DNA of 64,000 nt, taken from positions 380,680,001 to 380,744,000 of the forward strand of contig OZ024741.1 of the NCBI GenBank assembly GCA_964016885.1, in the 5' to 3' direction. Of this stretch, positions 26,401-38,835 are shown piece after piece. Source of the stretch: Eledone cirrhosa (taxonomy: Eukaryota). Every line of letters starts with the position of its first letter. Position 1 is the first letter of the stretch. The translations under genes and the position numbers were made by a program. The notes below the pieces were generated by a model that worked only from the letters and a program-made list of their open reading frames with translations, ran no database searches and had not been told where the DNA came from.

Positions 26401-26868
26401 GGTGATGGAAAACGATCAGGTGAAGGTGCTGTTGGATTTTAGGATACAGACGGACAAGAAACTGGAACACAATAGACCTCACCTGGTGGTTTTGGACAAG
26501 GGAAAAAGATCGTGCCTGATTGTGGATGTAGCCTGCCCATTGGACACGAGAGTGCAAGAGAAGGAGAGGGAGAAAATTAACCGATACCAGGACTTAAAGT
26601 GGGAGGTAAAAAGGATTTGGAACTGCCATGAGGTCAAAGTGGTCTGATTGTCATAGGTGCACTAGGTACTATCTCAAAGAGATTCCAAGGATGGTTAAAG
26701 AAAATTGGTCCCGCCCCGTTTTTTTGGAACACTTCAAAAGGGATGCTTGCTGGGAACAGCAAGAACCCTCCGATACATCCTGAATATCTGATGCTGCAGG
26801 TAGGGGCAAGATATTCATTTCAACAAACTTTCCAGTTAACTAACATCAATGACTGAGACTCAAAGAAC
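23455..26868 (+). mobile_element. R4/Dong-like RT-RLE retrotransposon, near full-length, disrupted (copy C)
   Basis: N-terminal RTNWTKELNRTVMQCY; NWKSPGPDGVQGYW; WIDYKKAFDMVPH; IFQGDSLSPLLF; LFMDDLKL; CRIC...HIVSAC; NRP.LVV...IVDVACP...K..RY. (AAT)n tail from 26869. About 250 bp is deleted near 24522 relative to copy E. The 5' UTR may extend to ~23370. Confidence 0.94.
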
Positions 26869-26910
26869 AATAATAATAATAATAATAGTAATAATAATAA
26901 TAATATTAAT

Positions 26911-29810
26911 GATTTCTTTATTAACCATAAGGGTTTACACAAAGTAGACATTAAGGACAGTACAAGACAATACAGGACGGTGCAAATGGGAATTTCTGCA
27001 TGTGAAAAAACAAAAAACAGAGGATGTACCAAAAAAAGAAGAATTAAAAATTCCCCAATAGGGGAGAGTCTTCCGAGGGCCATCGTGGAGAAAGCCCATT
27101 AAAAATCCACGGTGACCCTGACCACCAGGGCAAGTGCCCTCTCCCAGTTTTCCACCTTCAGTTTACAGGCATATACTCAGAGTAGGCCCATTCACTCGGG
27201 CCATACTTGCCTCTCTCACCCATCTTTCAATAAAATGCTGAGAAGAGAGCACTTCCCTCTCTACCCTGATTTACCTTTTCTAATGAAATTTGAAAAAGTT
27301 AATCAGGGCATCACCGAAGAGGTAAGTGCTCGTCTTCAGCCCTTTCAAACGTGTACCCAAAACTATCTCTTTCGCCATGGCCATCAGACAGATAAAAACT
27401 GCCTGACCTTCCCGGCTAAAGGAAGAGGACGGGGCAATCCTCACGATGGACTCAGCTGATAGCTGGATCCGTCCTACACGCGACAACAGGTGTTCGACAT
27501 AAACCCACAAGTCAGCAATGCTCAGACACAGGACGAGTGCATGCAGGACGGTTTCGTCACCCTGCGCGCATCTCGGACATGCCCGGCTGATGGTACCTCC
27601 ATGCCTGTAGAATTTATCGCGAACTGGCAAAGCTTCTCGGTAGCACTGCCAGGGATTTCTGGAAGTTGTCCATAGGCTCCGGCCGGAAAGTTCTACCAAA
27701 GAGATTGGCTAGTTGATTTTCGTCAACGCCTAGAGTTACCCCAAGTATGTCGTCGCTCTTCCCCTCCACTAATCCTCTATAGAACGCCAAGGTGGTGTTT
27801 TCACCGATCACATTGCCCGATTGGTCGAGGGCTGTGAGCGTCTGAAGACATTCCAGTCTGCAAGCGCTCCCTCTCGGTCTTCGCTTGACCCAGGACTGCA
27901 GCTCCATCAAGGAGATGAGCTGGGGAAAGACGCGTCTAGCAAACGGCGACCACACCTGATAACTTTCGAGGAAGAGGTGGAAATGTCGTAGCCTGAGCGC
28001 GTGTCTGCGCATCATCAGCCACGGCATGCCCAGCCCTCCACGTAGCGGGTGTTGACAGCAGATGGACCGCCTGACCATCGAAGCGCGTCCCTTCCACAAA
28101 AGGCGAAAAAGCAAATGCAGTCAGGCGAGGCTTAGGACAAGGCACGGCGGTCAGACAGTAGTAGATGATGGACGTGTGTACGCGTTAGCCATCTCCGCTC
28201 GACCTCTCAGGGATAGCTTCCTCTCCGCCCATTTCTGGGTGAGAGAAGCCACCCTGCTCGTCACCTCGCCCCAGTTTTTGTCCGTCTGGAGGTCTGGACC
28301 GAATGAAACCCCTAGCAATTTAACCGGTCCATCCGTCCAGCGCCCGACGACGCCCTTGGACGGCATGGACCTGCCTCTCCAGGTGCCGAGCTGCAGGCCC
28401 ACCGACTTTTCCTGGTTGATCATTGCTCCTGTCACCGTTTCGTATTCTCTTAGTGTAGTGCCGATCGCCTCGATATGTTTGGCGTTCGTCACCAGTATGG
28501 TGACATTGTCCGCATATGCTGACACGGATCTTCCGCATCCTGGTTCGCGCGGGACCCCCTCAACGTCTCCAGTTTGTTCAGTAATGGCTCGAGAGTCAAT
28601 ACGTACAAGAGGGACGTACAATACGTACAAGAGGGATTTTTCTCCTTGGCGGACCCAGCTCATGATGTTGAACGGTTCCGAAAGGTGACCGTTCACTCTC
28701 ACTACAGAGCAGATGTTGCTGTGCATGGCAGCGATCCAGCCTCTGAAAACGGGCCCAAAGCCAGCCGCCCTAAGGACTGCTGCCAGATAACTATATTCGA
28801 CTCTATCAAAAGCTTTAGACTGATCTAAACTGATCAAGGACCCACCCGTGCCGGGTTCCCTAGCTACCCGCTCTACGATGTATCGCATGAGGTGGAGGTT
28901 GTCGTGGATGGACATGTCAGGATTGACGCATGTCTGCGCCTCTCCTACCAGACCACCAACCACAAGCGCCAACCTCTTGGCCAAAATCTTGAACTCTGTG
29001 TTTAACAGAGATATGGGCCTGAAATTATCTATGTTATCCCCCTTGTTCAGATCCTTTTTCAGCAGCACCACCACTCCTCGGCTCACAGATGTGGGAATTC
29101 TCCCGTTCTGTTGCAAGTTGCAGTAGACGTCCACTAAGAGGCCTCCAAACAAGTCTGGCATCTATACCTAAAGTTAATAGGGCAGACCATCCAAACCAGG
29201 CGATTTACCCCTTGTGCAGCCAGTCATTGCCTCCCGTACTTCAGCTGCTGTTATCGGCTTTTCACGACACTCCGGCTCAGTGGCCGAGAGCCGCGGCAGT
29301 CCGTCGAGGTACACACTAAAGTCCATCCCTCGATCCGGCCCATGGCTGCCCCCGAACAGCTGAGCGAAGTGTCGCTGAAAAGCTTCACCCATTTGCCCGG
29401 GATCATGTAGCATGCGCCCGTCGTGGTCCACCAAAGACCGGATCGTGGCTTTGTTGCCACGACGTGCCTCTGCAACTCGGGCCCATTAAACGGCTTCGTC
29501 CCCTCGTGTCTGAGAGCACGCACCCTAGCTCTGACAAGGCAGCCTTCGTGCTTTGCATTGAATAATTGGTCAAAGGCCAATTTCGCCGCAAGTACCTCGG
29601 TCGCGATGCCTTTGCTAAGCGTCTCGTCTAATTTTCTAACTAGTTCTCCTTCTGCTATATTTTTCTCGATTGCTAAACCCTTACTAAACCTCATGGACTC
29701 TGTTCTAATCGCTCTTTTCGGAGCAAACCATCACTTGTTGACAATGGCCCCCGTCAACGCCCGCTTAACTAGTTCGCTAATCCGGTCTCTGTAGGCCTTG
29801 CGCGCTGGTA
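26911..29810 (-). mobile_element. 5'-truncated Tx1/L1-clade LINE (copy D)
   Basis: RT ORF 28151-29161 (NFRPISLLN, LDQSKAFD, AYADN), C-terminal CPRC...HALVLC, and a 3' UTR like 16424-16653. Microsatellite on both sides. Confidence 0.93.
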
Positions 29811-29841
29811 AATAATATAATAATTATATTATTATATTATT

Positions 29842-31660
29842 GTTCTTTGAGTCTCAGTCATTGATGTTAGTTAACTGGAAAGTTTGTTGAAATGAATATC
29901 AAGCCACTACCTGCAGCCTCAAATATTCAGGACGTATCGGAGGGTTCTTGCTGTTCCCAGCAAGCATGCCTTTTGAAGCGTTCCAAAAATCGTGGCGGGG
30001 CCAATCTTCTTTAACCATCCCTGGAAACTTTTTGAGATAGTACCTAATGCTCCTGTGACAATCGGGACCACTTTGACTTCATGGCAGTTCCAAATCCTTT
30101 TTACCTCCCACTTTAAGCCCTGGTATAGGATAATTTTCTCCCTCTTCTGACATGGTTGTCAGTTTCGGGTGGAGGGATGTTATATTTTTAATCCAATACC
30201 CCTGCACACCATCTGGGCCTGATGATTTCCACTTGGTTAGTTTTTTGGCCTGCCCCTTAAGAGTTTCAACTGTGATACTCAAATTTGTTGTTGTGCCTGT
30301 TCACTAATCTCCTTTTGAACTGTCTCAATCCACACTGCCTGGTTATTATGTGTAACATCCTGCTTCCATATTCCTCTCCAGAATGTCTTAGTTTGTTCCG
30401 CCTCAGGGATCAAGTCGTTGCCTCTTTCTTTCCCGTCAAGCTGTCCAAACAGCATCTTCTGGTTTTTGTCAAACATGCGTTCTGTCTATACTTACTGACT
30501 GACTGCTCTCGTATCGCCTAATTTCTGCACTCTTTGCTACAATGCGTTGCTTCAGTTCCTCTATGATAATATTAGCTTTTTCCTCCTAGTTTTGTACTTT
30601 ATTTCCAGTCTATTTTTAGGGTCTATGTTTTTTAGTGTCCCATTCAGTAGGGACTCAAGCTTTCCAATGTCATTTCTCATTTCCCTGATTTGACCATTCA
30701 GTCGTTTTTTCCACCAAGGTTCTGATCTTTCTTGTTTGTTGTTTCCTCTCGCTTTTATGCCAAGTAATTTCCTCACCGCATTTGCTGTTGCTTTGAGGAT
30801 CTTGTTGCACTGGTGAAGGCTCCTCGCCTCAAGGTATAGGATTACTTTGTTTACCTTAGCTGTTGTTTCTTTTAACTTTTTCCTGTCTACAAATCTTAGG
30901 TTCATAGGTTTCCCACTATCATTGTTCATTTCATCTACCACTAAGTTTAGGATATCAACCAAATATTGTCCTAGCCCGTCAGCATTCATCTCCTCAATGG
31001 CCGTATCTTCGTTCCAGGTATTATTTATTTCAGCATTCAGATCATTGTCTGCTTCGGATGGTTCCTCCGTTCTCTGAACCTTTTCACCTTCATCTCCCAC
31101 TGGCTCGTTTGCCTGGCATACTCCACTCTCCATTTCCAATCTAATCTCTCTGTTTAGTTCCTCCAGTTCCAGCTCGCTTATCCACCCATTAGTTCTTATT
31201 ACCCGAGCCTGCCCGGCCAATTTTTGTTCATCTAATTTAAATAGACCCATCTCGTTCCAGATGCTATGCATCCGTTTCCTGTAGCCTTTTTCCTTGAAGT
31301 TACTCTTCAGGTAACATTGCATAACAGTTCTATTCAATTCTTTCGTCCAGTTGGTTCTGGTCCCTTTCCTTCTTCTTCCTCTGACACCAGCAGTATTTGG
31401 TTGACAGCCAGGTCCCTGCTGCTGAGCCAGGAAGCACCTGCTGGGTGAGTGTCTGTCACATGATATTCCAGTCTCCACTTCACCGTTATTCGATTAGGTT
31501 CGACATTTAAACACTCTTATCGAGGATTGGTGAATGTATGGTTACATAACCACCGGTGATTTCATCACCCCCAGTGATTTTATTGTGGCACTATCACGCT
31601 GTAGACGAACATAAATAAACCAACAAATAGGTAAAAACCCCCCAAAAAAGAATAAGCATA
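29842..31660 (-). mobile_element. Internally deleted R4/Dong-like element lacking the RT (copy E)
   Basis: The 5' UTR and N-terminal ORF (30561-31478) join at ~30148 directly to the last part of the RLE and the 3' UTR. Sequence equivalent to ~24736-26560 of copy C is absent. Confidence 0.9.
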
Positions 31661-32292
31661 CCTGCAGCCTTAGATATTCAGGACGTATCGGAGGCTTCTT
31701 GCTGTTCCCTTTTAAAGTGTTGCAAAAGCCGGGGCTGGACTAATCTTCTTTAACCATACTTGGAAACTCTTTGAGATAGTACCTAGTGCGCCTATGACAA
31801 TTGGGACGACCTTGACTTCATGGCAGTTCCAAATCCTTTTTACCTCCCACTTTAAGTCCTGGTATCGGTTAATTTTCTCCCTCTCCTTTTCTTGCACTCT
31901 CGTGTCAAATGGGTAGGCTACATCTTTTTTTCTTGTCCAAAACCACCAGGTTTGTGTTGTAACTTCTTGTCCGTCTGCATCCTAAAATCCCATAGCACCT
32001 TCACCTGATCGTTTTCTATCACCGACTCTGGCTTATGCTCATACCATTTCTCAAAATGTGGTAAATTGTTTACTTTGCATAGATGCCAGTGGATCACCCT
32101 GCCTATCACATCATGTCTCCAGCCTTCATAGTGAGTCTGGGCTAGGTGTTTACACTCGGATATAATGTGAGCCACAGTCTCCTCTGTCTCTCCACAGATC
32201 CTACACAGTGAGTTAGCCTCCTCCTTGTCAATATGGTGTTTCACCCACTTCGTTCTGAGGGCTTGCTCTTGCGCAGCCATTAGCATTCCTTC
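31659..32292 (-). mobile_element. R4/Dong-like 3' fragment (zinc finger + RLE; copy F)
   Basis: ORFs 31918-32286 (CRICGETEETVAHIISEC) and 31712-31897. Abuts the 5' end of copy E with no tail. Confidence 0.9.
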
Positions 32293-32316
32293 TTCTTCTC
32301 ATTAATATTCTTCTTC

Positions 32317-32358
<42 letters not shown>

Positions 32359-32360
<2 letters not shown>

Positions 32361-35300
32361 CCCACCAACCATGGAGGTCGAACCACCCGACTTTTACAAG
32401 ACCCCGGGAGGTAAGTGAACCTTCCCTCTCTCTTTTAGCTTGCTAACATGGCCATATTAAGAGTAGGAAGTTTAAATGTTCGCGGCCTGAGGTCACCCTG
32501 GAAGCAGGGTCGCCTGCTCAACGACCTCAGGTCTCTGGAAATGGATGTGATTGCCATCAGCGAGACCAGGATTTCCAACACGCGCGCACTAGCCCCCATT
32601 TTCGACGACTATTAGATCTTCGCATCTGTTAGCAGGCCGAGAATGGGAAGTGGGGTAGCAGTGTGGTTTAGGAAAGATCTGGATCTCGAGGTAAGGTCGA
32701 TCTTCCAGGACACAGATGGTAAGTTGGTGGTCCTGGATGTGAACAGTAGCGACGGTGGTGCCTTTAGACTGCTGGCTGTCTACGCCCCTATTGGCGCCGG
32801 ACGATCAGACTTCTTTAGGTGCCTGGAAAACTTTCTGGGTACGTCTCGCCCTCTACCGTTAGCGGGGGACTGGAACGGCATCTTAGACGCATGTTGGGAT
32901 TGCATGGGAGTAGCTGATAGGAGCGGGGGGAGCAAAAGCCTCAAACACCTAATCAGCCAGTTCCAACCGTCTGACAGGTATTGACTAGATTTCTCCAATG
33001 TGCCAGTGTGGACGTGGACCAGCCACATAGGGTCATCTAGATCGTATATAGACAGGATCTTTATTAGGAAAAGTGTAGATAGAAATAGATAGAAATAGTG
33101 TAGGCTGCCCAATTTTTAAAACGGTCGGCTATTCAGATCACAAATTGATGATCTGTTTAGTCGACCTAGATAAAACGCGTAGATTGGGACCGGGTTACTG
33201 GTCATTTCCGGCATGTAAGGCTCACAGGGACCGAGTCAACAATTTAGTTAAGTAAAAGTTGACAGGGGGATCATCAACAACAGTTGGGGGGGGGGGGCTC
33301 TCAAAAGAGAGATTAGAGTAACTTCCATAGAGTTCAGCAAAGAACTAGCGTTAGAGAAAATAGAAAGGAGGGGGAGCTGGTAGATAAGTTAGACGAGGCT
33401 ATTTGTAATGGCATTGCAACTGACGTTCTAGCGGCGAGAATGGCATTAGACCATTTCGTCAATGCGAAACACAAAGGTTGCATTGTCAGAGCTAAGGCGC
33501 ATGAGCTGAGAAACGAGGGACCCAAAGCTGTTCGATGGGTCCGCATAGCAGAGGCGCAGCGTGGTAATAAAACCACAATTCGGTCTTTGGCGGACCGAGA
33601 CACTGACACGAGATAAGCGATTCCAAGTGGATGTGTGAGGCCTTTCGTCATCACTTTGCTCGGTTGTTTGGGGAGAGTGGCGAGTCAGAGAGAGTAGCGG
33701 ATTTCACTCCCTCCCATGAGGGCTTGCCGCGCATCTCGACGGTCGACGGTGAATGCTGCGAAAGGCCGATTACTTCAGCCGAAATTCAAGACGCCCTTGT
33801 CGGCTGCATGAGGCGAAAGTCACCTTGGCAGGATGGCCTTCCCTACGAGCTTTACGTAAATATGCCAGACTTGTTCTCCGATCTCCTCGAAGCACTCTAC
33901 TGCAACTGGCAGCAGAATGGGAGTATTCCCAGTTCTGTGAGCAGGGGAGTGGTGACGCTGATAAGGAAAGACGAGAACAAGAACGATACATTAGACAAGA
34001 GGGATGCATTAGACAACTTCAGGCCCATAAATCTGCTCAACACAGAGTTTAAGATTTTGGCCAAGGTGTTAGCAAAGAGATTGGCGCTTGTCGTCGAGGA
34101 TTTGGTTGGGGAGGCGCAAAGTTGTGCAATCCCAACCATGTCCATACACGACAATCTCCACCTCATGCGATACATCATAGAGAGGGTAGGGTGTAAACTT
34201 GGCTTCGGTGGGGCACTGATCAATTTAGATCAATCGAAAGCATTCAATAGTTTGTCCTCAAAGCAGCTGCCTTATGCTCTGACTTCAGAAGCTGGATCGC
34301 TGCAATGCACAGCGGCACACGCTCGGTGGTCAAGGTTAATGGCCACCTCTCGGAACCATTTCGGCTCTCCCGATCAATCCGTCAAGGGTGCCCTCTCTCT
34401 TCCCTTCTGTACGTATTAACTCTTGAGCCTTTACTGCGGAAGCTGAAGCTGTTGCATGGCATCCCATTCGAACCGGGACGTGGAAAAGCAGTGTCGGTTT
34501 ATGCAGACGACATCACCATGATGGTGTCAGACACCTCAGAAATCGAGGTGGTCGGCACCTTATTGAAGGAATATGAAAGGTTGACAGGAGCCAAACTTAA
34601 CTCGCAAATGTCGGTGGGCTTGCACCTCAGAACATGGAGCGGCAAGCTTATGCCGTCCAACAGCGTCGTGGGGCGCTGGACAGATGGACCGGTAAAGCTG
34701 CTCGGGTTTGATTCGGACCATTCCTCCAGGTGGAAAAGAATTGGGATGAAGTAACGAGCAGAGTAGCCAGTCTCACCCAAAATGGGCTGGGAGGAAGCTA
34801 TCACTGAAAGGTCGCACGGAGGTGGCGAATGCGTACATCCTGTCCATCATCTACTACCGCCTGACCGTCGTGCCTTGCACCCGTCCGCGCCTCGTCAAGC
34901 TGGAAATTCTTGTGGAAAGGACAAGTTCCCTTGGTGAGGCGGTCCATCTGTTGCCAGCACCCTCTACGCGGAGGGCTGGGCATGCCGTGGCTAATGATGC
35001 GCTGAGGCTGCGCTATCTCCAGATATTCTGCCTAAACGGTGAACAGGTGTGGTTGCCGTTTATCAGACGGGCCTTTCCTCCAGCTCGTTCTTTGACTGAG
35101 CTGCAGTCCTGGGTCAAGAAGAGACCGAGACTGGGTGACTGGCACCTGGAATGTTGCCAGGCACTCACTGCCCTCTACCAAGCGAGCAATGCGATCAGTG
35201 GAACTTCCACTCTTGAGTTCTATAGAGGATTAGTGGCGGGCAAGTGCGATGACGCACTCGGAGAAGTTTTAGGCCTCGACGAAGTTGAACTGACCAGTCT

Positions 35301-36116
35301 GTACCGGAGGACTTTCGAGCCGGGGACGATGGACAATTTCCAGAAATCCCTCGCTTGGCTACTGGGGGGCACTGCTGGTTCGGGATAAACTGTACAGGCA
35401 CGGAAGTGCTGTCATACGGACCTGCCCAAGATACGCACAGAACGCCGAAACCATTCTGCACGCACTTGTCCAATGTCCGTGCATTACTGACTTGTGGAGT
35501 TATGTCGAACAGCTACTGTCGCATGTGGAACGGATCCTGCTATCGGTCGAGTCCATTTGTGAAGATCGACCCGCCGCCTTCCTTAGGTCAGGAAGAGCAG
35601 GCAAATTTTCCTCTGTCTGGTGGCCGTTGCGAAGAGGTTATATGGTGGACGAGATTAAAAGGACTGAAGACAGACGCTTTCCACTTCGGCCAATCCCTCA
35701 ACTTCTTCAAGTTTCATCTGGAAATAAAGGTGAGGGTGGAGAGAGAAGTGCTGCTGCCCAGTACATTTGCTAAAAGGTGGATGAATGTGGCGAGAATGGC
35801 CCGTGTGAATAAGCCTACTCTGACCATGCGATTATAGGCTAGCTAACTTGAGGAGAGGGGTGCTCTCCCTGTGTGCCCTAGAAGCGCAGGGTGGTTCAGG
35901 ATTGGTGGAGTACCTGAGTCACCCCTGGGTCGTCCACTCCCTATAGGGGAATTTATTTTGTTATATTTATGCATAATTTATTTTATATTTTTATATTTTC
36001 ATTGTTAAATTAGTCTTGCTATTGTGCACTTTTACTAGACCTTATTGTAAACCCCCACTGTCCCTGTCTTTTTATTGTCCCCTACATATCGGCCCGTGTG
36101 GCTAATAAATAAAATC
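32359..36116 (+). mobile_element. Tx1/L1-clade LINE truncated just upstream of ORF2 (copy G, same subfamily as B)
   Basis: ORF2 ATG at 32448 (MAILRVGSLNVRGL), APE and RT fragments (VYADD), end of ORF2 at 35837. (ATT)n on both sides. Confidence 0.93.
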
Positions 36117-36154
36117 ATTATTATTAGAAACAATTATTATTATTATTATCATTA

Positions 36155-36217
36155 TATTGTCCTGTACTGTCCTTAATGTCTACTTTATGTAAACCCTTGT
36201 GGTTAATAAAGAAAGCA
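36155..36217 (+). mobile_element. ~63-bp 3'-terminal stub of a Tx1-like LINE (D subfamily)
   Basis: Near-identical to 16591-16653 and embedded in (ATT)n. Confidence 0.88.
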
Positions 36218-36253
36218 ATATTATTATTATTACTATTATCATTATAGTTGCAT

Positions 36254-36740
36254 TTATCTTCCCATTATTACTATCTTTTGTATTTCTCCTATACGCGGGT
36301 TTCCTGGGATTTGCGATAAGTAATCATTAGACCCCTTAGGTATCATTCCTAGAGCGCCTACAACCACTGGTATTGTTTTAGTTCTCAATTTCCACATTTT
36401 TCCAATTTCTATCTCCAGGTCCTTATACTTGCTCAATTTTTCAAATGTTTTTATATATACATTCTTGTCTATTGGAACGGACATATCAATTAGCAGGCAT
36501 ACCCTCTTTTTAAAGTCCTTCAGTATTATATCAGGTCTATTTGCATCTATTTTTTAGTCAGTTTGGATGCTAAAGTTCCACAAGATTGAGATGTGATCTT
36601 TTTCAAGTATGGGAGGTGGTTGATGCTCCCACCAATTCTTTTGATGGGGCAGGTCAAAATGCTTACACATTATCCAATGTATGTATTGTGCAGCTCTGTC
36701 ATGCTTATTTAGGTATTCGGTTGGAGCTATAGGACTGCAT
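36254..36740 (-). mobile_element. RLE-domain fragment of a second, divergent R4/Dong-like family
   Basis: Translates C..IAPTEYLNKHD...IHW..CK...WNFSIQTD...NRPDII...LIDMSVP...EKLSKYKDL...IPVVVGALG. Flanked by microsatellite, and clearly diverged from copies C, E and F. Confidence 0.87.
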
Positions 36741-36757
36741 TATCATTATTATTATTA

Positions 36758-36852
36758 GGTTGACTTTGCCTTTCATCCTTATGGGGGTCGATAAAATAAA
36801 GTACCAGTAATGCACTGGTTAATTACTGGCCTTGTGCCTAAAAGTAGAAACA
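36758..36852 (+). mobile_element. ATT-SINE 3' half
   Basis: SINE 3' consensus between (ATT)n tracts. Confidence 0.88.
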
Positions 36853-36869
36853 ATTATTATTATTATATT

Positions 36870-37054
36870 GAGGGCGGTGAATTGGCAGTATCGGTAGAGG
36901 GTCGGATATGCTTTCCAACATAGTTACGTCCCTTTACGATCTGAGTTCAAATACCGCCGAGGTTAACTTTGCCTTTCATCCATACAGAGGTCGATAAAAT
37001 AAAGTACCAGTAATGTACTGGGTATTTGCTGGCCTTGTGCCAAAAGTAGAAACA
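36870..37054 (+). mobile_element. ATT-SINE, full length
   Basis: SINE consensus. Its (ATT)n tail leads directly into Tx1 copy H. Confidence 0.9.
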
Positions 37055-37236
37055 ATTATTATTATTATTGTTGGTGAAGCCACGCTTCTTATCGCCTCCA
37101 GTCTTTTTCAACGTTTTACCTCTTTTTCAACCGTTCTAAACCTTTTATTCAAGTTTTAAGTTTGATAAAAGTTTAGAAGAAGTGACCCACCTAACACAGG
37201 GGTTCACTAGTAAATAATACGGCACTCCTTTACGGG

Positions 37237-38835
37237 GTGTCGTATTCGTATATGTGTAAAAATATATTTTTGAAAAATTTCAACATGGATAACACAAGAA
37301 AGAGAGAGAGCGCTGTCAGACAACACAGAGAGAGGGAGACTTTATCAGCATGTCAACAAGACAGCGTTCAAGCGGAGGTAAATATAAACGAAAATATTAC
37401 AAACGAAAAAAAGTTTGTTACAGATTTAAAATTACCAAATATTTCTAACACAAACAACACCAACAATAACACCAACAACATCACCAACAACAACACCAAA
37501 AATAACAGCGGTAAAGTCGAGAACGACAATAACAAAAATAACAGCGGTAAGGTCGAGAACGACAATAACAAAAATAATAGCGGTAAGGTCGAGAACGACA
37601 ATAACAACAGCCACAACAACAATAATAGTAGGAACAGTATCAACAAAAACAACAATAATAACAACAGCCACAATAACAGTAACAGCAGCAACAGTATCAA
37701 CGAAAACACCAACAACTGTACCAGCGAAAAGAACAACAATGACACCGATACCTGTAATAGCGACCTCAGCACCACCAGTAAGACCAGTAGCGGCAGCAAT
37801 AGTGGTGCTGCTGAAAAAGGGACCACTTCTTTTGCAGGTGTCGCCCGAAATATCGAGACAGTGTTAGTCACAGAGGAGGAGATGGCAGTCGCAAGGGCCA
37901 TGGTGACAAGAAGCGCAAATAGAGTTTCCCTGAAACCTCCACCCAATTTTTTCAAGGACCAGCAACTACGGACGGTGACTTACCGCACCGTAAGCAAAAT
38001 CTCACATCGAGTGGAGAGAGCCACGGAGGCTCAAATCCAAAAGGCCTTGGGGTGCGTCTGGGCACGCAAAACCCACGTCACCCGAGGCAGAAAGTACGCC
38101 ACAGTAGACGTACTTTTCGCCACTCCCCAGGAAGCAAAGTCTCACTCTTTGGAAACCCTAAAGAGTGAGGAGTTAGTCTTGGTGCCCTCCTACTGCGGGC
38201 AGAAAATTGTGAGGGTCCCACCCGACGTGCCTATACCTTGGTTGGCCGCGTCTGTCCTTGCTGGAATTGAGAACAGGGCGACCATGCTGCAAGTAGAAAA
38301 AATAGGGAGAGAGAACTGGTCAGGTATAGGCATGCAAATGCTTATACAAACTGACCAGGAATGTATCGAGGCTATCCCCGATATCATAGACTTCGAGGAA
38401 GGACTCCAACTCCCTATAAGTGTAGAAGGAAGACGGCCAAAATGTTATCTCTGTGGGTCGAAAGGTCACCTCAGGGCCTTTTGCCCGCAGAAGACACCGA
38501 AGAGGGCCCTTCTCCTTCCAATACCTGGTCCGCTGCTACCAAGAGCAGGACAGGCAACAAACGAAGAAGCCCCTTCCACGGTGAGTAGGAAGGCAACGTC
38601 CGTAGCACCCGTACCAAGGCCACGGATAACTAAAGCAGCATCATCAGTAGCGGCAACACCAATAGCTACATTTGAAATAGCTACACCAGCAACAAAATTG
38701 CCGAAGAGGGCTCCACTACCACCACCAACAGCTGTGGAGCACATACCCCTCCCAGACGTCACAGAATCCGACATGGAGTTTGAGGCGGGAGTGATGTGGC
38801 AAACAGTCTGCCACAAAAAACAAAAAAACCCTTAG
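37237..38835 (+). CDS. Tx1-like ORF1p (Asn-rich repeats, CCHC zinc knuckle). Probable start ATG ~37285; probably continued originally to ~39942 via a frameshift in the A-run at ~38815-38828
   Basis: 532-aa open frame with CYLCGSKGHLRAFC (CX2CX4HX4C), collinear with ORF1 of copy B. Confidence 0.8.
   Translation: MSYSYMCKNIFLKNFNMDNTRKRESAVRQHRERETLSACQQDSVQAEVNINENITNEKKFVTDLKLPNISNTNNTNNNTNNITNNNTKNNSGKVENDNNKNNSGKVENDNNKNNSGKVENDNNNSHNNNNSRNSINKNNNNNNSHNNSNSSNSINENTNNCTSEKNNNDTDTCNSDLSTTSKTSSGSNSGAAEKGTTSFAGVARNIETVLVTEEEMAVARAMVTRSANRVSLKPPPNFFKDQQLRTVTYRTVSKISHRVERATEAQIQKALGCVWARKTHVTRGRKYATVDVLFATPQEAKSHSLETLKSEELVLVPSYCGQKIVRVPPDVPIPWLAASVLAGIENRATMLQVEKIGRENWSGIGMQMLIQTDQECIEAIPDIIDFEEGLQLPISVEGRRPKCYLCGSKGHLRAFCPQKTPKRALLLPIPGPLLPRAGQATNEEAPSTVSRKATSVAPVPRPRITKAASSVAATPIATFEIATPATKLPKRAPLPPPTAVEHIPLPDVTESDMEFEAGVMWQTVCHKKQKNP

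Noticed and set aside
28597-28640. Short direct repeat caatacgtacaagaggga in Tx1 copy D
   Set aside because: A local duplication/deletion scar in one dead copy, absent from the other copies.
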